DNA from: an uncultured Candidatus Berkelbacteria bacterium
GTDB taxonomy: Bacteria > Patescibacteriota > UBA1384 > XYA2-FULL-43-10 > CAINNR01
Assembly (NCBI GenBank): GCA_903851235.1
Contig: CAINNR010000001.1
Span: 22,432-86,431, forward strand
DNA length: 64,000 nucleotides
Reading direction: 5' to 3'
The notes under the pieces were generated by a model. It saw only the letters and a list, made by a program, of their open reading frames with translations. It was not told where the DNA came from and ran no database searches. Shown in pieces: positions 27,865-36,964 of this stretch. Each line of letters begins with the position of its first letter. Position 1 is the stretch's first letter. A program made the translations under genes and the position numbers.

Positions 27865-30195
27865 CTAAACTACAATACTAATGATTTTGTCTTTAATGTA
27901 AATAAATTTCTTAATTTCCGCTCCGGAGATATTGGCTTTGACCTTTTCGCGATTTAGAACGATATCTTTGATTTCATCTTCGCTGTCATTGATACTGATT
28001 TCAATTTCATCGCGAACCTTTCCGTTTATTTGAATTGCGACAGTGACTTTTTCATTAACAATATATTTTTCATCAAACTCCGGCCAAGTAGATAGCGAGG
28101 TGTTGATTTTGTTTGAAACTGAATTTGCCATCTTTGGCGCAAAAGGTGAGAGCAAGGTCAAAAATACTTCAGCCGATTTTTTGTCCCAACCATTTTTAGT
28201 AATATCACTAAAAGCTTCAATCAATGTACTGATTGCAGTGTTAAAACTAAAACTCTCAATATCCTCGCCGACCTTTTTAATTGCCTTATTAATAATTATT
28301 TTACTGCCATCATTTTTTTCAGAAAATTTGATCTCTGATAATTTTTCCACTTTTTGCAAAAACCGATGCATACCGACAATGCCGTTTTGATTCCATTTTG
28401 CCGGTTGTGAAAACGGACCGATATAAAGCTCGTACAACTTAAGCGCATCGGAACCGAATTTCTCCAGCAGTGGATCGGGATCGATTATATTGCCGCGCGA
28501 TTTTGACATCTTTAGACCGTCAATGCCCAAAATTGTGCCAACAGAAATTAATCTTTGAAACGGCTCTTTTGTGCCGACCAGTTTTTCGTCATACAAAACC
28601 TTGTGCCAGAATCGTGAATACAGTAAGTGGAGCACCGCATGTTCAGCGCCGCCAACATACAAATTTACCGGCAACCACGGGTCAATTTTCTTCCGATCCC
28701 AAATATATTCATTGCCGATCATAATTAAGTAGGCGATGTAATACCAGCAGGAGCCGGCCCATTGGGGCATTGTATTGGTTTCACGTTTCGCCGGACCGCC
28801 ACAATTAGGACACTTGGTGTTAAGCCAAGCGGCAATTGCCGGGTCAGATTCGTTGGACAGGGGAGAGCTGCCATCACCAACCGGTTGATAATTTTCAACG
28901 TGGGGCAAAATTATAGGCAAATCATTTTCTGGAACTGCGACGATACCACATTTTTCACAGTGAACAATCGGAATCGGCTCACCCCAATAGCGCTGGCGGG
29001 AAAATACCCAATCACGAAGTTTGAAATTAATAGTAAAATCACCGTGATTTGAAGATTTTAGTTTCTCGGTGATTTTTTTGTTCGCTTCGGCTGATGTCAT
29101 ACCATCAAATTCAGCTGAATTGATCAAAATTCCGTAATCGGTAAACACCTCGGTTTGATCTTGATTAATATCATCACTTGGTTTGATTACGTGAATAATA
29201 GGAATATCATATTTTTTTGCAAATTCAAAATCCCGTTCGTCGTGAGCCGGAACCGCCATCACAGCGCCGGTACCATAGTGGCCCAGAACATAATCGGCAA
29301 CCCAAACCGAAACTTCTTTACCATTGATTGGGTTTATTGCATTAATTCTCTTAAGTTCAACACCGGTTTTTTCTTTTTGCAATTCAGTCCGTTCCAAGTC
29401 GGATTTGTTTTTAGACTTTTCGATGTATTCGTTAATTTCTTTGACATTAGAGCTTTGAGTTTTGAGCTTTTCAATTAATTCGTGTTCCGGCGCTAGAACA
29501 ACATAGGTACAGCCGAACAATGTATCGGCTCGGGTGGTGTAAACTTCGATTTTCTCTTTCGAATCTTTTATATCAAAAACAATATTTGAGCCTTCGGAAC
29601 GACCGATCCAATTTCTTTGCATTTCTTTAATCGGCTCCGGCCAATCCAAACCATCAAGATCTTCCAAAAGGCGGTCGGCATACTCGGTAATTTTTAAAAT
29701 CCATTGGCGAATATTTTTTCGCACAACCTGTGTTCCGCATCGTTCACACTTACCATTTATGACTTCTTCGTTGGCAAGACCAGTTTTGCAAGATGGGCAG
29801 TAGTTAATCGGAGTTTCGGCTTCGTAAGCCAAACCTCGTTCAAATAATTTCAAGAAAATAAATTGGGTCCAACGATAATATTTCGGGTCGGTAGTATTAA
29901 TTTCCTTGTCCCAATCGTACGACAAATCAAATTTATTTAATTGATCTTTAAATCTTGCAACATTTTCCGCCACAACTTTTTCCGGATGAATTTTGTTTTT
30001 AATTGCATAATTTTCCGCCGGCAAACCGAAAGCATCCCAACCCATTGGGTGGAGGATATCGTAACCTTGTAATTTTTTGTAGCGCGAAAAAACATCGGTT
30101 GCCGTGTAACCGCGAGGATGGCCAACATGCAAACCCGCTCCAGATGGATATGGAAACATGTCGAGACAGTAGAAGTTTTTGGAGTTTTTAGACAT
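27865..30195 (-). CDS. leuS: Leucine--tRNA ligase
   Basis: MFPYPSGAGLHVGH, editing-domain GTGAVMAVPAHD, KMSKS. Confidence 0.97.
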   Translation of the reverse strand: MSKNSKNFYCLDMFPYPSGAGLHVGHPRGYTATDVFSRYKKLQGYDILHPMGWDAFGLPAENYAIKNKIHPEKVVAENVARFKDQLNKFDLSYDWDKEINTTDPKYYRWTQFIFLKLFERGLAYEAETPINYCPSCKTGLANEEVINGKCERCGTQVVRKNIRQWILKITEYADRLLEDLDGLDWPEPIKEMQRNWIGRSEGSNIVFDIKDSKEKIEVYTTRADTLFGCTYVVLAPEHELIEKLKTQSSNVKEINEYIEKSKNKSDLERTELQKEKTGVELKRINAINPINGKEVSVWVADYVLGHYGTGAVMAVPAHDERDFEFAKKYDIPIIHVIKPSDDINQDQTEVFTDYGILINSAEFDGMTSAEANKKITEKLKSSNHGDFTINFKLRDWVFSRQRYWGEPIPIVHCEKCGIVAVPENDLPIILPHVENYQPVGDGSSPLSNESDPAIAAWLNTKCPNCGGPAKRETNTMPQWAGSCWYYIAYLIMIGNEYIWDRKKIDPWLPVNLYVGGAEHAVLHLLYSRFWHKVLYDEKLVGTKEPFQRLISVGTILGIDGLKMSKSRGNIIDPDPLLEKFGSDALKLYELYIGPFSQPAKWNQNGIVGMHRFLQKVEKLSEIKFSEKNDGSKIIINKAIKKVGEDIESFSFNTAISTLIEAFSDITKNGWDKKSAEVFLTLLSPFAPKMANSVSNKINTSLSTWPEFDEKYIVNEKVTVAIQINGKVRDEIEISINDSEDEIKDIVLNREKVKANISGAEIKKFIYIKDKIISIVV

Positions 30196-30199
30196 TCTT

Positions 30200-30808
30200 T
30201 TAGAAATTTTCAATAATATTTTTTATTTTTTCGTAATAATTTTCATTATCAATGTTGATCAATTGAAAATTGTATTTTTCAGCTTCTGAAATAATCCAAT
30301 TATTATATGCCACCACCCATTCAACTTCTTTTTCCTTGACAGTGTCTGGGTATTTGTCGGCATCATCCCATAATCCACGTGTAAAAATAACTTTTCGTAT
30401 TTTATTTAAATTATTACTGGTTAAAAACACTGCAATTATTTTTTTTTCAGTTTTCAATTCTTTAATGCACTTTGGAAGTAGTGCAATACCTTCGATAATA
30501 AATGATTCCCAGACATAGTCGGTTTCTATAATTGCTTTAACACCTTTCCAAACATTTTCGCTCTCTTTATTTTGTTTGAAAACAATTTCACTAGATGAGT
30601 TTTCGTTGAGGAATTTAATTGCCATTTTAGATGTACTGTCACTGAAACTAAAAAGATCTGAGTAATCCTCACGACGTACTATTAATCTCATTTGTTCGCG
30701 AATTGTGTCAGTGGAAATCCAAGGTAATCCTAACTCATTGGCAATTTTTCGTGCTATAAAACTTTTGCCTAGTGTCGGAGCACCTCCGATTAAAACTATC
30801 TTATTCAT
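30200..30808 (-). CDS. P-loop kinase, 2-phosphoglycerate-kinase-like
   Basis: LIGGAPTLGKS...ISTDTIREQMR...IIEG. Confidence 0.7.
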   Translation of the reverse strand: MNKIVLIGGAPTLGKSFIARKIANELGLPWISTDTIREQMRLIVRREDYSDLFSFSDSTSKMAIKFLNENSSSEIVFKQNKESENVWKGVKAIIETDYVWESFIIEGIALLPKCIKELKTEKKIIAVFLTSNNLNKIRKVIFTRGLWDDADKYPDTVKEKEVEWVVAYNNWIISEAEKYNFQLINIDNENYYEKIKNIIENF

Positions 30809-30823
30809 AATAATGCTAATTAT

Positions 30824-30900
30824 TGGTGGACCCGATCAGGCTTGAACTGACGACCTCATCGCTGCCAGCGATGCGCTCTAGCCAACTGAGCTACGGGCCC
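30824..30900 (-). tRNA. tRNA-Ala(GGC)
   Basis: Cloverleaf GGGCCCG...CGGGTCC-A-CCA; anticodon loop CT-GGC-AG; G3:U70. Confidence 0.96.
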
Positions 30901-30943
30901 ATAATAAAAACATAGCACAAATTTGAGCTCGAATCAATAATAT

Positions 30944-31021
30944 CTACTTAGATTCGTTGAATGCCCACCAAAGCAAGACACCGATTATCATCGCCGTTAT
31001 CAACCACCAGTACCAGGCCAT
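30944..31021 (-). CDS. Putative 25-aa single-TM microprotein
   Basis: MAWYWWLITAMIIGVLLWWAFNESK*; AAAGGGGG SD. Confidence 0.5.
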   Translation of the reverse strand: MAWYWWLITAMIIGVLLWWAFNESK

Positions 31022-31075
31022 AGGCCCCCTTTCAGGGGAATATCTAATTTCTAACTTCTAAACAAAATGAATAAA

Positions 31076-31900
31076 TCATTTCTTTACAACTCGAATCGCA
31101 CAGTCGGGACAAAATCGATAGCAATTGCCACAATTAATACATTTATCGATATCGATTTCCGGTACCGGAGTGCCATAAACACCAAGAGTTTTTCCGAATG
31201 ATAATGCATTGACCGGACATTTTAAGATACAAATTCCACAACCTTTGCAATATTTCGGTACAATAACCGCAACGCGCTGAGAATTTTTTTTAACAATTAA
31301 ACTGTCACTGGTGTCATATTCCGCCTTCGTGAACTTTTTGCTTTCGAGCGAAAAATCATAAGCAAAATCAAAAGCCTCTTTGGCTTTTCCCGCCAAGGAT
31401 TTATTCTTCGCGAACTTCTTACCAAGTTGCTCGGCAATTATCTCCCAGAGCGCATTTTTAGGATAATCGAGAAAGTTTTTTGCCAAAGCCGCGAGCGCCA
31501 AAATATTTTGATTTTTGGCGCCAAACTCTTCCTCAGCTAATTTCGTTGCCGGTATTGCAAAAAGACGAGAATTATTCAATGTGAAATTTTGTCTGGCAAT
31601 TGTTGAGGAATCAAAAAGAACATCAGTTTTTGAACCGATATATGATTCGATGGTTTTAATAGCCCGTCGGCGAAGAACCATAACAATATCGGCCGTGTCA
31701 AATTTCGGATAAGTAATTTGAGATTTTGAAAATTGAATAAATGAAACCGATGGTGTTCCGCGTTGCTCCGGACCGAACTGTGGGATATAGCTGACAAAAT
31801 AATCAGCTTTAACCAAAGCCAGAGATAAAATTTTGGCGATGGTTTGTATTCCTTGCCCGCCTTCACCGGCGAGAACAATTTTTGTTACATCATTTTTCAT
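31076..31900 (-). CDS. 2-oxoacid:ferredoxin oxidoreductase gamma subunit fused to a 2x[4Fe-4S] ferredoxin (delta) domain
   Basis: AGEGGQG, FGPEQRG; C-terminal CKGCGICILKCP and CINCGNCYRFCP. Confidence 0.92.
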   Translation of the reverse strand: MKNDVTKIVLAGEGGQGIQTIAKILSLALVKADYFVSYIPQFGPEQRGTPSVSFIQFSKSQITYPKFDTADIVMVLRRRAIKTIESYIGSKTDVLFDSSTIARQNFTLNNSRLFAIPATKLAEEEFGAKNQNILALAALAKNFLDYPKNALWEIIAEQLGKKFAKNKSLAGKAKEAFDFAYDFSLESKKFTKAEYDTSDSLIVKKNSQRVAVIVPKYCKGCGICILKCPVNALSFGKTLGVYGTPVPEIDIDKCINCGNCYRFCPDCAIRVVKK

Positions 31901-31902
31901 AA

Positions 31903-32667
31903 TTATATGTCCTCTGATTTCTTGTCCAATGTTTTTTTTACCTCGCCGACCGGATAGATCTTTTCCAATTTTGCCAAAAATTCAAAACTTTCCGCTGCGT
32001 CGGTTTTCCAGTTTGTCGGGCAGATTGATAAAATTTCCACCATTGAAAAACTGTTATTTTTTTGCTGATTTTCAATCGCTTTAGTAATTATTGAATCCAT
32101 AAGAGTCGGGTTCCCAACTGAGGCGCGAGCAATAAACGCTTTTGAGTTTGCAATTTGTCGAACTAATTCCGGCCCATGGAAAGCCGGACCAAAAATACTG
32201 GCATTTTTCCCAAGCGGCGAGGTGGTTGTCACCTCATTGGGAACAGTTGTTGGAGCCATTTGGCCGCCAGTCATCGAATATTCGGTATTGTTGATAACAA
32301 TTGCCAATATCGGGTCGTTGCGAAAAGCGGCATGCAGAAGCGACTGCAAGCCGATAGCATATGCGCCGCCGTCGCCCATCAAGGCGATTACGACTCGAGA
32401 GCCGCGAGCCATTTTGTAACCGACTGAAACCGGAACTGAACGACCGTGGTGAGATTGGATAATATCAAAATTAAAGTAATTCCAAGAAAGCAAGGTGCAA
32501 CCGATGTCAATTACCAGTGTTGTTTTAGATTGAATATTTTCACTATCGACAACATTGCCTAAGTGTTTTAGGATAATGCTTTCGCCACAACCGGGGCAAA
32601 ACAAACTCGGTTTGGATTTAGAGTTTAAGCACTGTGGCATTGCAAATTGTTCGTTGGGAGTTTTCAT
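31903..32667 (-). CDS. 2-oxoacid:ferredoxin oxidoreductase beta (TPP-binding) subunit
   Basis: FCPGCG, DIGC, HGR, GDG...NN, MTGGQ. Confidence 0.93.
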   Translation of the reverse strand: MKTPNEQFAMPQCLNSKSKPSLFCPGCGESIILKHLGNVVDSENIQSKTTLVIDIGCTLLSWNYFNFDIIQSHHGRSVPVSVGYKMARGSRVVIALMGDGGAYAIGLQSLLHAAFRNDPILAIVINNTEYSMTGGQMAPTTVPNEVTTTSPLGKNASIFGPAFHGPELVRQIANSKAFIARASVGNPTLMDSIITKAIENQQKNNSFSMVEILSICPTNWKTDAAESFEFLAKLEKIYPVGEVKKTLDKKSEDI

Positions 32668-33707
32668 TATCTATGATCTTTAACGATTTTGTAAATCTCT
32701 TCCGGGGTAAAACCGACCGCCGGTTTGAAGACTTTGACCATTTTGCCGGCAAGCTCCGGGATCATGTATACCAAAAGTCTGGCAAACTGTTCAAACGCTG
32801 ATTCCATTACAAAGACTCGATCGGCTTTTCTGATTTGGCTTCGAATTTGTGCCGTGTCAAGCGGACGCAAGGTAATTGGTCTAACTAACCCGGCTTTGAT
32901 GCCATCTGAGCGTAAGTCGTCAATTGCCGATTTTGCAGCCGAAGCAACACTTCCGTGAGCGAGGATAATATCCTTGGCACCAGAAGTTTTATAATTTTCC
33001 GATTCGGCAACTTTAGTGATGAGCAATTTATAATCGGAAATATTTCGCTCTAAGACCTTTGAAAATTCCGGCTCAGAGCCATAACAGTTTCGAATATGCG
33101 TCGGCTTATCGACGTCTTCCCGTAAAATTTTCCTCGCCGGATACGGGCGCAGAGGTTTTGAAAATTCGGTTGTAATTTTTTGTTTACCAAGATAGCCATC
33201 GGTTAAAAGAAAGGTCGGGAAGTTATATTTCCAAGCGGTGGAAAATATTTTTGCTGAAAGTTCATAGGCCTCAGCGATATTTGACGCCGAGTATACTATT
33301 CGTAAACCATCACCATTTCCACCAAGTGCTGCTAAATTAACCTCTTGCTGAGAATAAATTACCGTTCCGGTTGATGGTCCGCCACGCTGGGCGATTATTC
33401 CAACAAATGGCAAACGTTCGTTTTCAGCCATTGAGATTGGATCTTGCATCAAAACATGACCAACTCCGGCGGTGGCGGTGAAGGCTTTTTTGCCGGCAAG
33501 AATTGCTCCTAAGGTGGCAAAGCCAGAAGCAATTTCATCTTCTGCCTGCAGGTACTGTAGATTAATATCCTCTGAAGCAGTGCGAATCCAACCCTCTAAA
33601 ATTTCTGTCGCCGGTGTAATAGGGTAACCGAAAAACATCTCGGCGCCACCTTCTAACGTGCCTAGAACTATCGCTTCATTTCCAGTGATAAATTTCTTCT
33701 CTGACAA
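32667..33707 (-). CDS. 2-oxoacid:ferredoxin oxidoreductase alpha subunit
   Basis: GNEA, GYPITPATE, QAEDE, QRGGPSTG; TTG start after AGGAG. Confidence 0.93.
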   Translation of the reverse strand: MSEKKFITGNEAIVLGTLEGGAEMFFGYPITPATEILEGWIRTASEDINLQYLQAEDEIASGFATLGAILAGKKAFTATAGVGHVLMQDPISMAENERLPFVGIIAQRGGPSTGTVIYSQQEVNLAALGGNGDGLRIVYSASNIAEAYELSAKIFSTAWKYNFPTFLLTDGYLGKQKITTEFSKPLRPYPARKILREDVDKPTHIRNCYGSEPEFSKVLERNISDYKLLITKVAESENYKTSGAKDIILAHGSVASAAKSAIDDLRSDGIKAGLVRPITLRPLDTAQIRSQIRKADRVFVMESAFEQFARLLVYMIPELAGKMVKVFKPAVGFTPEEIYKIVKDHR

Positions 33708-33755
33708 ACTGCTCCTGACATTATGTCTAAAATAATTTAGAATTTCCTTAATTCA

Positions 33756-34754
33756 TTATACCTTTGATTCCAGTTTTTTGGCAATCGCCAGTTCTTCATC
33801 CGGTTTGACAAGTTTTATTTGAAAATCAAGATATTCCAGTCCAGAGGTGATTTTTTTTCTAATTAGTGCGGAACCAAACCCAATTTCGCCCGAAAATGCA
33901 ACAATGTCAACACCACCTAATGCGGCGGCGTAAGCGCCGATATACTTCTTAGCCCGATAACATAAAATATCTATTGCCAGTTTGGACATTTCGTCACCGG
34001 ATTCCAAAAGTTCCAGCATATCACCGGACATTCCGGAGACACCGGCAAGCCCTGAATGGTTTTCAATGCTATCGCGAGTTTTCTTTAGTCCAATTTTCTC
34101 TGTTAGAAATAAAACTATCTCTGGATCAATATCTCCACTTCTAACTTGCATCGGTAATCCTTCCATTGGCGTAAATCCCATCGAAGTGTCAATCGGTTTT
34201 CCGCGATCGATGGCTGAAATACTAGATCCGGCGCCTAGATGAATTGTAATAATTTTATTTTCGTGTGTCACGTCAGTATTTTCCAGCATTGAGTGATGCG
34301 AAATTCCATGAAATCCATAACGCTTGATACCGAATGTTTCGGCAATATTTTGATCGATGGGATAAGTTTTCGCCACGATAGGTAAATCTTTGAAGAATGC
34401 AGTGTCAAAGGCGGCAAAATGTTGCGAAAGCGGTAATTTGTTGATTAACAAACGTATTGCTTCGATTGCCGGTGGGTTGTGATGTGGAGCCAGTGGCGCA
34501 AACTCTTCGATAATTTTTATCACCGGCAAGGTTATTGGCATGACTTCTTCGGATTTATCGCCACCATGGACGACACGATAACCAGTTTTAGTAATTTCAT
34601 TGGCATGATTTCCAATATCAGAAAGGATTTTTTTAATCGTTTGGGGAATATTGCCGTCACGAAAATTCAACTTGTCGGATTTAATTTCCTCAAGCTTATC
34701 AGAAAAAAGTTTGTATTTAATTGATGATGACCCGGGATTGATTACCAAAATCAT
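33756..34754 (-). CDS. ackA: Acetate kinase (compact, 332 aa)
   Basis: INPGSSSIKY, RVVHGG, FDTAF, YGFHGISH, HLGAG, TSMGFTP. Confidence 0.93.
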   Translation of the reverse strand: MILVINPGSSSIKYKLFSDKLEEIKSDKLNFRDGNIPQTIKKILSDIGNHANEITKTGYRVVHGGDKSEEVMPITLPVIKIIEEFAPLAPHHNPPAIEAIRLLINKLPLSQHFAAFDTAFFKDLPIVAKTYPIDQNIAETFGIKRYGFHGISHHSMLENTDVTHENKIITIHLGAGSSISAIDRGKPIDTSMGFTPMEGLPMQVRSGDIDPEIVLFLTEKIGLKKTRDSIENHSGLAGVSGMSGDMLELLESGDEMSKLAIDILCYRAKKYIGAYAAALGGVDIVAFSGEIGFGSALIRKKITSGLEYLDFQIKLVKPDEELAIAKKLESKV

Positions 34755-34759
34755 AATTA

Positions 34760-35326
34760 TTAGTCAATTATTTCTCCAAAACATTTGCCGGTTATGCCGG
34801 CGGCGTTACCCTCATCGGTATCCAAGTGAAATCGGAGTTGATAGTGTTTGTTAATCTTAACATTTACATCAGCAAAAATTATTTTACCGCGCGGAGTTTC
34901 AGCCGCAATACTGATTTTTTGTCCGTCGACAATATTTAATTCTTTGGCGTTGTCCGGGCTGGCATGTAAATGCCGAATGGCGACCATCATGGCGCATCGA
35001 CGAATTTCTCCGAGATCAGTTTTCAAAATGACATTGGCACAACCGTTGGCAATATTGGTTTCATACGGCGCGATAATGCCAATTTGATAGCAATCAGTGA
35101 GTGAAACTTCGGTTTGAGTATCCGAGCGAAATGGCGAGAGAAACCTCGCCGAAATTTCACCTTTTGGTCCGACAATCGTCACAATTTTGTCCGTAGCGAA
35201 CTCGCCATGTTGAGATAATTCTTTAATAGTTTTAAATGGCGTCTCTGCGCCGAAAAGAAAATCATAGTCATTTTTCGACAAATGAATGTGTCTGGCCGAA
35301 ACTTCAATTTCAATTTCTTTTTTCAT
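34760..35326 (-). CDS. pduL: PduL-type phosphate acyltransferase
   Basis: VSARHIHLS, ELSQ, RHLH, HLDTDEGNAA. Confidence 0.92.
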   Translation of the reverse strand: MKKEIEIEVSARHIHLSKNDYDFLFGAETPFKTIKELSQHGEFATDKIVTIVGPKGEISARFLSPFRSDTQTEVSLTDCYQIGIIAPYETNIANGCANVILKTDLGEIRRCAMMVAIRHLHASPDNAKELNIVDGQKISIAAETPRGKIIFADVNVKINKHYQLRFHLDTDEGNAAGITGKCFGEIID

Positions 35327-35332
35327 TATTTA

Positions 35333-36964
35333 TTACTTAACAATAATTTCTGAAAGTAAACTGTGACCAGTCATCGAATCTGGCTTTGGAATTCCAAACA
35401 GATCCAGAATTGTCGGCGCGATATCGGCCAGCGAGTTTTTTGATGAAATCAATCCGGAAAGCATGTCTCCACCGGAAAGTGTATTTTTGTTTTTTCCCCG
35501 TAAATCAGATCGGACGAGAATAAACGGTACGGGCGACAGCGAGTGAAATGTTTCCCGATCATGTCCGGTTTTAACTTCAATCATTTGCTCGGCGTTTCCG
35601 TGATCGGCAGTGACGATCAATGTGCCGTCAACTGATAAAACCGCGTCAGATAACTCTTTTAAAACAGCGTCGACAATACTGACTGCGGCAGTAGTTGCCG
35701 GCAAGTCGCCGGAGTGGCCGACGCTATCGACATTAGCATAATTGACTAACATAAATTGATATTTTTTTGATTTAACCGCCGCGGTAAGTTTTGCCGTAAT
35801 CTTCGCCGCTTCCATTTCAGGTTTTTGATCAAAGCTTGTAACCTCAGCCGACTGGACTACAACCCGCTCCTCACCCGGAAACGGTTCTTCCTGCCCGCAA
35901 TTGAAGAAATAACTGATATGCGGATATTTTTCACTTTCAGCAATACGATACTGTTTCAAGCCGGCATTGGCAATAATTTTGCCTAACGTTTGCTCGACTT
36001 TTTCCGATGGAAAGGCGATGTGAATTTTAGATTCGATCACCACTGGCAAATAATAGGGGGTGAAGGCGACGAAATATATACTATTCGGTGCCGGATATTT
36101 CGGCCCGGTGTTGTGCATGCCGAGTAGCGCCAAAGTTAATTGGCGTGCGCGGTCCGGTCGATAATTGAAAAATATCACACTGTCGTTGTCTAGAATTTTA
36201 CAGATCGGTCCGCGATCATTTCTGATCACCGTAGGCGGAATATACTGATCGTTGAAACCCAGTTTGTATGAGTTGGAAATTAATTCGACGGCTGATGTGG
36301 CAAAATTTCCGGTGCCGTGAACCATCGCTTGCAGAGATTTGGAAATATTCTCCCAATGATTATCACGATTCATCGCATAATGTCGACCGGTGATGGTCGC
36401 AATTTCTCCAATTCCAATTTCGGCAATCTTTTTTTGCAACTGGATAATAAAATTTAGCCCGCTGGTGCTGTCAGTATCCATACCATCTGTAATTACATGA
36501 ATATATACCTTTGGCAACTGATAAAGCTTTGCAAGTTTCAGTAGGGCGTACAGATGGTCAATGTGACTGTGGATTCCACCATCGGAAACTAAACCGATAA
36601 GATGGAGTGAGGAGTTGTAAGATAGCGCGTTGCGACAGGCGCCAACCAAAGCATCGTTTTGAAAAAAAGATTTATCAGCAACACAATCAGATATTCGCTC
36701 CAGGTCTTGAAAAACAATTTTTCCAGCACCGATGGAAGAGTGACCAATTTCAGAATTACCGACCATTTTATAATTGCCGGCGACCTGACGAAATGCTTGC
36801 AAAATTGCATGCGGATAATCGCGCCAAAGCGTGTTCATGGTCTTTGGGTCAGCCATGGAAATTGCATTGCCACCCCATGCCGGTGACATACCCCAACCGT
36901 CGAGGATTGCTAAAACGATAGGTGTTTGGCTAGATTGTTCCATTTTGCCTTTCATATTTGACAT
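35333..36964 (-). CDS. gpmI: BPG-independent phosphoglycerate mutase, divergent second copy
   Basis: ILDGWG, GNSEIGH, DHGNAE; start may instead be ATG 36943. Confidence 0.88.
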   Translation of the reverse strand: MSNMKGKMEQSSQTPIVLAILDGWGMSPAWGGNAISMADPKTMNTLWRDYPHAILQAFRQVAGNYKMVGNSEIGHSSIGAGKIVFQDLERISDCVADKSFFQNDALVGACRNALSYNSSLHLIGLVSDGGIHSHIDHLYALLKLAKLYQLPKVYIHVITDGMDTDSTSGLNFIIQLQKKIAEIGIGEIATITGRHYAMNRDNHWENISKSLQAMVHGTGNFATSAVELISNSYKLGFNDQYIPPTVIRNDRGPICKILDNDSVIFFNYRPDRARQLTLALLGMHNTGPKYPAPNSIYFVAFTPYYLPVVIESKIHIAFPSEKVEQTLGKIIANAGLKQYRIAESEKYPHISYFFNCGQEEPFPGEERVVVQSAEVTSFDQKPEMEAAKITAKLTAAVKSKKYQFMLVNYANVDSVGHSGDLPATTAAVSIVDAVLKELSDAVLSVDGTLIVTADHGNAEQMIEVKTGHDRETFHSLSPVPFILVRSDLRGKNKNTLSGGDMLSGLISSKNSLADIAPTILDLFGIPKPDSMTGHSLLSEIIVK

